DNA from: Promethearchaeota archaeon
GTDB taxonomy: Archaea > Asgardarchaeota > Lokiarchaeia > Sigyniarchaeales > SOKP01
NCBI GenBank assembly: GCA_048939015.1
Contig: JBHLPW010000002.1
Span: forward strand, 32,001-96,000
Reading direction: 5' to 3'
DNA: 64,000 nt
Position 1 is the first letter of the stretch. Each line of letters opens with the position of its first letter. The translations under genes were made by a program, and so were the position numbers. The notes beneath the pieces are model-generated. The model did no database searches. It was not told the origin of the DNA and worked only from the letters and a program-made list of their open reading frames with translations. Positions 17,401 to 25,850 of this stretch are shown here, one piece after another.

Positions 17401-20234
17401 ATTGTCCATGACGGATTTAACCCTTTCCAAGCCGAATCCATAAGTTGAAAACCTGCAAAAACACTTAAGGAGCTATCTTGAAATTCAAATTGAAAAGGTC
17501 TGTTAATATCAGTACTTCTAACCCAATATTCCATTGTACCATAGGTTTGGGGTATTGATAAGTTATTCCTCATAGACACATGACCATAAGTGATAGGATC
17601 ATCTAAATCTAAGATTTTTTTATGTCCATCCAACTCAGAAATAACTTTTAAATTACAACCCGACGCAGTAAGATTAATAAAATCTCTTGGAAGCGTCCCA
17701 TCTTTTTCACTCTCAAAACCATAAGTAGCAGGATAATATCCACTCATTGGAGTCGTATACGCTTTATCTTCAGGAGTAACAATACTTATATGATGAGTTG
17801 AAAAATATCGTGTAGTAGATTGGTATTGATTGTTCAAAGAGTCGTTTCCATATACCCGAATGAAATGGTTTCCATCTTCTGGAAGAGATAATGTAGTATT
17901 TCCGAAAATCCTTTTGAATGGTTGATTATCTAAAGAATACCATGTCTTATTTAAGCTAGTACTATTTTTATAATAAAGAAGTAATCCTTCTTTCATATTT
18001 TCTCCCACGTTATAATTAGGATCCCATGAATATCCTACAGCATCAAAGTAAGCATAATAATTTGGATCAGCCGCTGAGTTACCGGTTGTTATTCTGATTT
18101 TATTTGCGTAAGTAGATGGATTCTGCATTATAAAGTCGGAATTGCTTTGGTTTCCATTCAGATATACCCTAAATGTATTGGCTGCTAATCCCATATACCC
18201 TCCAGATCCACATTCAAAATCGATTCTAAGGTGATACCATTGATTTCCATTAATTGCACCAAATTCTGTCAAATCGATAGAGTCTGTATTGTTTACCGCA
18301 ACTAGATATCCTGCTGTATTAAATCTCACTGTTAAAATTGGTACAGCATCATAATAAGGTTGAACCCAAAGTGGATAGCCTGATATTTTCACGAGAACCC
18401 AAAGTTCAACAGTGCCATTAGATTGATTTGCATATGAATTATAGGTATCGGGATTTCCCCCTCCATTATTATCAAATAGTTCATACACTCTCTCATGTCC
18501 GTTGTATGAATCGACTAGATAAGAGTGGGTGGTTGATACCACATCATGCGTCCAATTTTTAGCATCAGCTCCAGGAAGATCACTCTCAAATCCATATGTA
18601 GCTGGATAATATCCACTCATAGGTTCGCCATAGACTTTAGCTTCTGGAGTTATTATTTCAATCGGAAAATCAACAGTAAAATATGTAATATTTGATTGAT
18701 ACTCTTGTTCATACTGATCAACTCCAAAAATTTGCATGCTATGAAGTCCATTTTCTGGCATTGTAATTATAGTATCTCCTTTTATAGCCCTCTTCAGTTG
18801 ATTATCTAAAGAGTAGCTCATTGTATGAAGAAGAACTTCTGTATCAAAACTAATAACTAAACCTTCTTCTGAATTATCCCCAATTTCATAATTTGGATCC
18901 CATGAATAGCCAATCGCATCAGCATAAGCGATATCTCCAGTATTAGAATAAAAAGCAATAGTATCAGGAACCTTATTATTCGCGAAAGTATATGGTCCAT
19001 AGGACTCACCATCAATATACAATTGCCATCTCCATTCTGACAAACCCATATATTTGCCTTCAGTAGTCTCAAAATCTATTCTTATATGATACCAAGTGTT
19101 ATCTAAAGCCGTCTTTCCAACATCATACCATGTACTATTGTAATATTCGAATTTATCACTTGTAATTCTAATACAAAAACAATTTCCAACTGCAAGATTA
19201 TTTATCTGATTTTGAATTGAAAGAGAAGCATCTCTTTCTGCCAGCCAATATTCAATAGTACCAAAATCTGGTGGTGATTCCAAAGTATCGCCTATTCCAA
19301 TTTGTCCCGCTCCAGGATCAACCATTTCTAAGACTTTTTTATGTCCTTGAAATTCTTGAATAATTTGTGAACTATCACCTCCATCATACCAATCCTCTGG
19401 ATCTCCACCATTTTTATCAGTTTCGAATCCATATGTGCCAGGATAATAACCATCCATAGGTTTTGTATATGTCTTATTAACTGGAGAAAGTAAATTTATT
19501 AATTTGTCACTTTCATAATAAAATGCGATGTCGTCAACGCGGAAATCACCGTTTCCTCCACCTGATACAAAAGATGTTATCCAGATATCTTGCGCATTTG
19601 CTGTAAAAATTCCGTGATTATAAAAAGGAAGACTATAATCTGCTCCATATCTCACACCATCAAGATCAAACATCCAACCTATACTTAGGTTAAAATAAAT
19701 CACAACATCATACCATTGGTTATAAGTATAAGTAGTAAGAGTATCTCCATATGTATCGTTCCTTATTTCACCATTCCACCAGACCATAGCTAAGATAGTT
19801 TCACCATTTGCAGAACGCAAGTTTGTACCAAATCCAGATGCATCATGATACACCTTTAAGTGGTATTCACCCACTATATAAGTTTCACCGAAATATGAAA
19901 AATTATCCCTTATGGAAACTCGTCCGTCGGCTGTTTTATCGAATAATAAATGCTTTTGCTGTTCATCTCCCAAATCTGCTATAATTAAATCTCCACCTGC
20001 TTCATTCATATTAGCAAATGTTGGAGCAGTAGGATCTTGACCTATGGTTTCATCCTCGAAATCGTATGTATGTGAAAGTATCTTATGTGATGCTGCACTG
20101 AGAGATGGATTATTTTCTTCCTCAAGATTAAAATTAGTTTCAGATTTATTTGGCAAGTTTCTAGGCATAAAACCCATAAAATTGATCAATAGCAAAATTA
20201 CTGTTATAATTAATATTTTTTTATTTTTTTTCAA
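13404..20234 (-). CDS. Giant surface protein B, paralog of A: N-terminal lectin-like domain, 6 cassette/Ig units, 3 Ig-like stalk repeats, Loki-CTERM-like anchor
   Basis: Same repeat motifs as A; C-terminal ~330 aa highly similar to A; TTG start with GGTGA SD. Confidence 0.85.
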   Translation of the reverse strand: MKKNKKILIITVILLLINFMGFMPRNLPNKSETNFNLEEENNPSLSAASHKILSHTYDFEDETIGQDPTAPTFANMNEAGGDLIIADLGDEQQKHLLFDKTADGRVSIRDNFSYFGETYIVGEYHLKVYHDASGFGTNLRSANGETILAMVWWNGEIRNDTYGDTLTTYTYNQWYDVVIYFNLSIGWMFDLDGVRYGADYSLPFYNHGIFTANAQDIWITSFVSGGGNGDFRVDDIAFYYESDKLINLLSPVNKTYTKPMDGYYPGTYGFETDKNGGDPEDWYDGGDSSQIIQEFQGHKKVLEMVDPGAGQIGIGDTLESPPDFGTIEYWLAERDASLSIQNQINNLAVGNCFCIRITSDKFEYYNSTWYDVGKTALDNTWYHIRIDFETTEGKYMGLSEWRWQLYIDGESYGPYTFANNKVPDTIAFYSNTGDIAYADAIGYSWDPNYEIGDNSEEGLVISFDTEVLLHTMSYSLDNQLKRAIKGDTIITMPENGLHSMQIFGVDQYEQEYQSNITYFTVDFPIEIITPEAKVYGEPMSGYYPATYGFESDLPGADAKNWTHDVVSTTHSYLVDSYNGHERVYELFDNNGGGNPDTYNSYANQSNGTVELWVLVKISGYPLWVQPYYDAVPILTVRFNTAGYLVAVNNTDSIDLTEFGAINGNQWYHLRIDFECGSGGYMGLAANTFRVYLNGNQSNSDFIMQNPSTYANKIRITTGNSAADPNYYAYFDAVGYSWDPNYNVGENMKEGLLLYYKNSTSLNKTWYSLDNQPFKRIFGNTTLSLPEDGNHFIRVYGNDSLNNQYQSTTRYFSTHHISIVTPEDKAYTTPMSGYYPATYGFESEKDGTLPRDFINLTASGCNLKVISELDGHKKILDLDDPITYGHVSMRNNLSIPQTYGTMEYWVRSTDINRPFQFEFQDSSLSVFAGFQLMDSAWKGLNPSWTIIPALGTPLVNNWHHIRIDFECTGGNYTGLSQYTLRYTVDNTLSASLPFLTNCTHLDTILYWTSISNYNYHIYLDALSFSWDPNYNIGDNLNEGLLLSYENTTNLDWQGYSFDSQPIITILGNTTIPMPSDGSHHIQVFSNDTLGNIYNSDNRYFSVNTGNFFNIITPENKTYESVMHGYYPATFGFERDDLVQFSDSSVPVGWKIGEKGGTVNILSDIDGHNEVLELHDTSSTDMVEVYHNFADQNTGTIELYVRCGDNTTRTKVFIYDGVETKAVYLYFDDNGWIRYYTTAPQDIMTYNMDQWYHLRIEWNCTAGEWHLWIDGNKTNGAGYAFYGAPSAMDTIYFGTTGTDSNFYSYIDAIGYSWDPNYNIGDNEDEGILLDFTKTTDLKWTSYSLNGQSNRTIFGNKVIPFSNYSKQRNKIQLFGMDFREILYKSEIRYFTVSPFIIFTPENKTYTNPMSGYFPATYGFENDENNADPKDWVIQIENPEAEVISELDGHKKVLRLFDNQGGSGNPTRIYNLINNKDNGTIEVWVQQDDLGSDGDRSQITGMGNGNILFGVRMFGGSPAEWHVHHNGSDTPIIGAATPLINTWYHIRIDFEHTTGGYHGLNENEFYVYINGVGYGPYLFGADEQLDEFHLHTYSYGLGYNSYFDAVGYSWDPNYNIGDNLNEGLLLGYENSTNIDSQWYSLDGQINRTIFGNTTFVMPSNGVHKIQVFGNDSIGNNYYSSLRHFTVQYFPINIITPYNITYTNPMSGYYHATYGFENDEEKAFPNGWYQDVAFGGMCEVIDSYYNHRKVVNLTDTVYSEQTQMKINLTNRDNGTIEFYYLIENSSMRTSINLFETDSSDGIYLRVDSGYLTYRTDAYYNISPILSNIWYHISITFNSTIDKFWITVNGTTYGGSSGYDYRNPNTMMKYFSIASSIYHVDYSFYIDAVGFSWDPNYNVGDNINESLLLSYQSNYALDWQGYSLDSQPIITILGNTTIPMPSDGVHTIQVFGNDTWGYMRSSLIRYFTISTAGDIVDPNITINSPLLYDLFGSTEPYFNITVIEPNLDTMWYTLDGGLTIILITEPTGNIDQIEWGKFGNGTVTIRFYANDTAGNVGWEEVLLRKDVLPPEITITTPISNYLFESTAPSFDATILEPNLNTMWYTLDGGVTIIPMIGLIGNIDQTEWDKFGNGTVTIRFYANDTVGNSNWEEVTVRKDVLSPEITINLPGDNQIFTDRAPNFDLDIIEGNLDTIWYTLDGGLINETCTFSGQIDQSYWNALPPGEYTLRFYATDTLGHEGYAEVIIKKTESPAISSYHNIILFLIMMIGTISLIWQLKKKIK

Positions 20235-20240
20235 ATAGTT

Positions 20241-20320
20241 TCACCCTAATCTATCTAAATTTATAATTTAGAAGTCTGTGAATTACAAATATGAAGAATT
20301 CGTATTTAAAAGTTTTGTTA
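20241..20320 (-). promoter_or_regulatory. Putative TATA box (TTTTAAATAC, 20302-20311) and GGTGA SD for surface protein B
   Basis: Shares tctg.ga..tacaaa.atg....gtatttaaaa..tttgt with 13290-13330. Confidence 0.5.
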
Positions 20321-20410
20321 GGATTACGGTAGTATTACAAACAAAAAGAGAGATTTCAATAGCTTTAAAATAAAAAGATTTGAAAAAGAAGGGAATTAAA
20401 AAATTATGGT

Positions 20411-21991
20411 TTACCAAATTAGATTAGCAATTATATCTTTAGTTGTTTCTGCTTGTTTTTTATTCAGTATTTTTCGAATACGCAGATCATTGATAGCATC
20501 ATCTAGGCGTGTGTCTAGGTTTTTCATTTCCATTAAATTATTTTTATCTCCTTGAGTCTCTACAAGTTCGATCATTGAATTTTCTTTATTCATTAAATCT
20601 CTTAATTTCTGTCTAAAACTAGCTTTCACTTTAGTTCTTACTACTTTCCCTCCATCAATTAAAATGGGTAATACGGGAGCTCTTTCAGTCGTTCGATTTG
20701 TATTGGGGTCCGTGAAGAAAAAGATATAGATTGGGATACCTACTATGACATTTTGTGACTTTAATTCAAGAGTATAGTTATTGAAGAAAGCCTGTACATT
20801 TGTCATTTCACTATCTTTAATCGATTCAATGTTATCCAAACAAGCTTGTTTTTCTGTTTTAATTTGTGCTAATACATCCTCAGCAGATGTTAAATCTTTA
20901 CTTAAGTCACTATGTTTTGCCTCAATTTGTTTTTCGACTTCAGATTTCTTACGTTCTAACTCACGTAGTTTTTGCTGTTTAGTTTTCTCTAGATCTGAGA
21001 TTTCACGTTGTACATTTCTCCGTAATTGTGCTATCTCATTTTTATACCTTGCTATAGAGTCTCCTAATTCACGATATTTAACATCGATATCTTTTAATCC
21101 CTCTTCTACTAAAAAGAGATCTCGTTGGTTAATAGCGTTTTTCAAACCATCCACGCTTTGTTTGAGTGTACTTAGATGATTATTAAGTTCTCCGGTTTTG
21201 TCATTGATTTTGTATTTTCCAAGCTTTACGAGTTCTTCTGGAGATTTTTCTATTTCTCGTTCTTTTTCTGCTTGTATTTCTTTATTCAATATTGCAAGTT
21301 GTTTCTCTTCTTCTCCTGTATCTACTTTTGTATCTCTAATTTTATCAGCTTCTTTGCTTCCTTTTTCGATCCATCTCTCGCATAATTTTATTATAATATC
21401 GCTATAAGAATCTAACGTTTTAACATCTGTTTGTGAAACGAATTCATTAATTTCTGGTACTATTTTAATCTGATTTACACTTTTTGAAATAGATCCTCCT
21501 TCCAACATAAAATAGGGAGTAGAGTGAGCCCCTAGATTATATTGATTAAGAAAAAAGTTTTGAAAATATCCTACTTCATTTGTATTAAACAAAGCTTCTT
21601 GAATAACTATACCACGCTTGAAGTTTTTGGCTCTCTTTAGATAGGAATTATTATAAGATTGTAAAGAATTCAAAAAAGACACAGGATCTGCGCCCTTCAC
21701 AACATTTTCAGGTCGAGGGGGCATCTGAGCGAATTGTCCAACACTTAATTTTTCTTGTTTATTTAAAAGATAACTACAGACACAAGCTCTTGTATCGCTT
21801 AAGGGAATTAAGCGAACAGGCCAAAATGCTGTAGTTATTTTTGAGATTTTCCCTAGCTTTTTTAATGATTTGCCATAAATACCTACACATTCAATCAAAC
21901 CCATGGCAAGTTCGTTAAGTAGGCTTGCTTGACTTCGAGCGGGAGTTATTTCACCCATATTAATTAAAAAAGGTGTTACTTTATCAACCAT
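20411..21991 (-). CDS. Hypothetical protein with a long central coiled coil
   Basis: E/K/Q/L heptad-rich region at about aa 200-400, flanked by globular segments; no TM or signal peptide; no recognised family. Confidence 0.75.
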   Translation of the reverse strand: MVDKVTPFLINMGEITPARSQASLLNELAMGLIECVGIYGKSLKKLGKISKITTAFWPVRLIPLSDTRACVCSYLLNKQEKLSVGQFAQMPPRPENVVKGADPVSFLNSLQSYNNSYLKRAKNFKRGIVIQEALFNTNEVGYFQNFFLNQYNLGAHSTPYFMLEGGSISKSVNQIKIVPEINEFVSQTDVKTLDSYSDIIIKLCERWIEKGSKEADKIRDTKVDTGEEEKQLAILNKEIQAEKEREIEKSPEELVKLGKYKINDKTGELNNHLSTLKQSVDGLKNAINQRDLFLVEEGLKDIDVKYRELGDSIARYKNEIAQLRRNVQREISDLEKTKQQKLRELERKKSEVEKQIEAKHSDLSKDLTSAEDVLAQIKTEKQACLDNIESIKDSEMTNVQAFFNNYTLELKSQNVIVGIPIYIFFFTDPNTNRTTERAPVLPILIDGGKVVRTKVKASFRQKLRDLMNKENSMIELVETQGDKNNLMEMKNLDTRLDDAINDLRIRKILNKKQAETTKDIIANLIW

Positions 21992-22097
21992 ATTTGATTC
22001 ACTTGATATTTCTATATTAATTTTTAATACCGATATAATAATTAAAGTTTTTGTATTGAAAATGTCCTAATCTAAGTAAGAAAATAAGAAAAAAAAA

Positions 22098-25000
22098 TTA
22101 TCTCAATATTTCCTCATAGAGTTTCTGGATAAATTCATCAAAGTTATCTTTTGTAAATTTAACATTCAATAAAGGCATTAATAAGAATGGAATTAAGTCC
22201 TCTTGTTCATATACGGGAACTATTTTCATCAAACCTTTTTTCCTCATTTGAAAAGCTGCCTGCCACTCATCTTCCACGGCTTTAGATTTTATAGAATTTT
22301 CTGAACAAAAGAATACAAATACTTTACTTAGTCTTAAAGTTCTTTCCATATAAGTTACTATACTCTCACCGCTATCTGCTTCCCAAAAGAATACTTTATC
22401 TATTTTTGGAAATGCTTCTAGTCGTTTGGCAATTTCATCAATATTGAAATGCTCCGAATCTAGAGTGGAGTAGCTTAAAAATACATTTAAGCCTCGAGTA
22501 AAGTATGTTCTTATAGCATTTATATATAGTGGATAGTGAGCGAAATCTTCTGTAGTTACATTTCCTTCATAAAGGTCTCTTTTGAATTGTCTTATTCTTT
22601 CGAAATTTTCTACAATAACATTTTTATCGGGAAAGGTTTCTGAAAAAACCTGCTCCCAATTGTTCTTATCAGTAATTATCGAATTTAATTGAATGAAATC
22701 AAGAGACTCCATTTCATCGGTAGTTGAGGGAAGCTTCTTAGGTGTTAATAATTTAGTTTTACTTTCAATTGTAGTCCTTATATATTCAGGGATTCCTTCT
22801 TGCCACCAAAGAGATTTATAGACACCTTTAAGTTTTGCTTTAGCAAAACTACGGATATTCGTTTCAAAAATTTCAACATCATTTTTGGCAGTCTCAATTT
22901 GTTTTTTGAGCGCTGCTCGTCTTTTCATTCTGGGTCTTATAACTAGGAAAGTGGAAATGGCACCTACAACACCAACAGAAATAACAATAATTGCGATTAT
23001 CACTCCGGGATCTATCCCCGCCGGTAATTCCCCTGAAATATACAAAATAGTTTCATCTGTATTATCGACTTCATTATCATCTCGAAAGCCTCCCGATTTT
23101 GAGCTATATGTTTCATTAATTTCATTATTAGGATCCAATATAATTTCCACTAACACGTTTCCACCTTGGTATAGTTCAGCTCCCTGTATGAGATCATTAT
23201 ATACTTCATCCACATCCAAGTCTATGGGGTTATCAGTGTTGTTAAATAAAATTACATTCAAATGTTCGATCCATATTATAATTATAACATTTTTGGCATC
23301 CCATATTCCATTATTTGTGATTGTGATATTTACTACAAAGGGTTTACCTATATCTGCTTCTATCGGATCAAACTTTAAGACTGCTAGATTAGGCATAGGA
23401 TACCAATAACCTAGCAATGGTTTTGTACCTAAGCCTGTTTCAATACCGTCTAAAAAGGTGTCTCCATCCGTATCATTATTATGAGGATCTGTCCCATTAG
23501 TAAATTCATGATAATTTATGAGGAAATCAGTATCAACATCAGTGATATTATCAGCATCGTTCAATGGATTTAAAATATTAAATACTTCCCATCCGTCAGG
23601 CATTCTATCTGAATCTGTATCAGAATTAAGAGGATTTGTAGAGTTTTTCCACTCCCAAAAATCAAATAACTCATCAGAATCAGAGTCAGGGTTTGTTACA
23701 TTTGTACGATATCCGTCTAACCCTAAAAGATATTCCTCAAGATTAATAAATTTATCTCCATCGGTATCTACGTCAAATCGATAAAATAATGGAAACTTAT
23801 CTTGGTTATAAGCCGTTCCAAAAATTGTCTGAGGATTATCTCCAATTGCATTATAATCTAAATCTAAACCACTATAATCATCCCAAAAATTCCCCACTGA
23901 TCCATCATCCCATATGTTTTTCTTCCCATTATCTTGAGCTTGTAAATTATTCCCTATAAAATTGTTATAGTAGATGCTATTATTCTCACAATATTCATTC
24001 TGGATAAATAAACCAAGTTCACTATTCCTTATTGTATTTCTAAGAAATGAGCTATTAGAACAGCTACTTAATATTATCCCATATTGACTATTTCCATCTA
24101 GATTATTATCTGTAAAGTTATTTAGCGAACACAACTGAGCTAATATTCCGTTAACATTATTAGATATTTGATTATTTATAAATCGGGAATAAGTACTGTA
24201 AACAATTTGGAATCCAGCTCCAAAAAATCCACTCTCCATTAATATTTTGGTACTCTCTGTTAACGTATTTCCTTCATATGTATTATTAAAGCCGAAAACA
24301 TCTTCTATACCAATTAAATTTTGTGAAGCAGAACAATTCATAATTTTACAGTTATTACTAAAGCCAAGATTAATGCCATAAGCGGTATTCATTGATGCAT
24401 TAATATTGTAGAGTGAAATATTATCGCAATATAGGATATTAAGAGCTAAAGTACACTTAGTAAGATTCAAATTTGAAATTATTGAATCAGTACACCCAGA
24501 TAAAATTATTTGCCCGGCATTCGCAAAATTAATCGGTTTCAGATTATTTATATGATAATAATAATAAATAGGCTTCCCATTTACTAAATTTGATGTATCA
24601 ATAAAGAGGATAGGTTCAAAAAACGTTGGATGAATATTTATCCCACAATTAGTCATTAAATTTCTTGATAGGTTATTGTTATCACATGATCCTGGTGATG
24701 CTGAAAGGATGTATACTCCTCCGAGAAAGTTATCATATAAATAGTTATTAATTATGTTGTTTTCATAACTATCTTCGATTTCTATTCCCATTCCATTCTG
24801 ACTAATATTATTATTAGATATAGTTATATTGAAGCAATCGACTAAGCTTAAAGCTACTCCAAGTCCGAAACTAATTGCAGGATCGATGAACTTATTATAA
24901 TTTTTAGTAATATTATTATTTTCGATTGAAGAGTTACTGTTTTGAATTGATATAATACCCAAATATGTGTTTTGTGTGAAAGTATTATCCCTTATTGTAT

Positions 25001-25793
25001 CGTTCATGCAATAAAACAAGGATAAAGCAGTCGTAGTATAAGATATTTCTAGGTCAAAAATTTGGGTTCCACTGCAGTTAATAAGGATTAATTGTCCTGG
25101 TTGAGGAAAATTACCTGGTACCAAATTTTTCTCATTAAATTTATAATAAAGAACCTTTCCATTAATTAAATTGGTTTCATCAATTGAGTGGGAGATTAAA
25201 TCCTCAACTAATGGAAGTCCACCATTAAATGGAAAATTTAATCCACAATTTGTGAAATTATTTTCAGTTAGAGTGATATATCTGCAATCTTGGATTGTTA
25301 TACCAGCGTGACTGTTATTATCAAAAATATTTCTAAAAATCGTATTATTATTAGACGATTGAAGTCCAACTCCTTTCCCTGCTTCATGATAATAATGGTT
25401 AATATTATTATTAAATGAATTATTGAATATAAAATTAAAGTTACTTCCCAATAATGTTATTCCAGCACCACCATTTCTGCAAACGAAATTTTGTGTAATA
25501 TTATTATACTCACACACATCTAAGACTATTCCTGTATTTTCATTGTATGACAAATTATTACGATGTATTAAAGTGAAGAAACTACTTAATGAATAAATTC
25601 CTGCATCATTGTACATCATGTTATTATTTTTAATTGTTGCATTGTTTACTTCGATTAGTTCGATTCCAAAATCATTAAAGTTTGCTGTACTCTTTTCAAT
25701 AGTGATATTTGTACAATATGATAAGGAAAGCCCATTTTTGGTACAATTATTGGTAATTATATTCGAAATAATATAATTTCTACCACCAAGCAC
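22098..25793 (-). CDS. C-terminal part of TIR receptor 1: NosD/CASH beta-helix, Ca-binding DxDxD repeats, CARDB-like Ig, TM, Swt1-like HEPN, TIR
   Basis: N/I/G-rich beta-helix repeats; GNFWDDY cap; DTDGD/DSDSD repeats; PNLAV..ITNNG..DPNNEINE (CARDB-like); TM at about 22938-23003; ETNIRSF..WW..IP..LDF.QL..II..NW..F...F (Swt1-like HEPN); VFLSYS..VEDEWQAA (TIR). Confidence 0.8.
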   Translation of the reverse strand: MLGGRNYIISNIITNNCTKNGLSLSYCTNITIEKSTANFNDFGIELIEVNNATIKNNNMMYNDAGIYSLSSFFTLIHRNNLSYNENTGIVLDVCEYNNITQNFVCRNGGAGITLLGSNFNFIFNNSFNNNINHYYHEAGKGVGLQSSNNNTIFRNIFDNNSHAGITIQDCRYITLTENNFTNCGLNFPFNGGLPLVEDLISHSIDETNLINGKVLYYKFNEKNLVPGNFPQPGQLILINCSGTQIFDLEISYTTTALSLFYCMNDTIRDNTFTQNTYLGIISIQNSNSSIENNNITKNYNKFIDPAISFGLGVALSLVDCFNITISNNNISQNGMGIEIEDSYENNIINNYLYDNFLGGVYILSASPGSCDNNNLSRNLMTNCGINIHPTFFEPILFIDTSNLVNGKPIYYYYHINNLKPINFANAGQIILSGCTDSIISNLNLTKCTLALNILYCDNISLYNINASMNTAYGINLGFSNNCKIMNCSASQNLIGIEDVFGFNNTYEGNTLTESTKILMESGFFGAGFQIVYSTYSRFINNQISNNVNGILAQLCSLNNFTDNNLDGNSQYGIILSSCSNSSFLRNTIRNSELGLFIQNEYCENNSIYYNNFIGNNLQAQDNGKKNIWDDGSVGNFWDDYSGLDLDYNAIGDNPQTIFGTAYNQDKFPLFYRFDVDTDGDKFINLEEYLLGLDGYRTNVTNPDSDSDELFDFWEWKNSTNPLNSDTDSDRMPDGWEVFNILNPLNDADNITDVDTDFLINYHEFTNGTDPHNNDTDGDTFLDGIETGLGTKPLLGYWYPMPNLAVLKFDPIEADIGKPFVVNITITNNGIWDAKNVIIIIWIEHLNVILFNNTDNPIDLDVDEVYNDLIQGAELYQGGNVLVEIILDPNNEINETYSSKSGGFRDDNEVDNTDETILYISGELPAGIDPGVIIAIIVISVGVVGAISTFLVIRPRMKRRAALKKQIETAKNDVEIFETNIRSFAKAKLKGVYKSLWWQEGIPEYIRTTIESKTKLLTPKKLPSTTDEMESLDFIQLNSIITDKNNWEQVFSETFPDKNVIVENFERIRQFKRDLYEGNVTTEDFAHYPLYINAIRTYFTRGLNVFLSYSTLDSEHFNIDEIAKRLEAFPKIDKVFFWEADSGESIVTYMERTLRLSKVFVFFCSENSIKSKAVEDEWQAAFQMRKKGLMKIVPVYEQEDLIPFLLMPLLNVKFTKDNFDEFIQKLYEEILR

Positions 25794-25850
25794 GGAGAGA
25801 CCAGTTGAAGTATGGGACAGATTAAAGTTGGTAATTACTGAATTATTACA

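Noticed and set aside
6138-20234. CRISPR-like or non-coding repeat array
   Set aside because: The repeats are in-frame protein modules of about 870 bp, not short repeats with unique spacers, and there are no cas genes.
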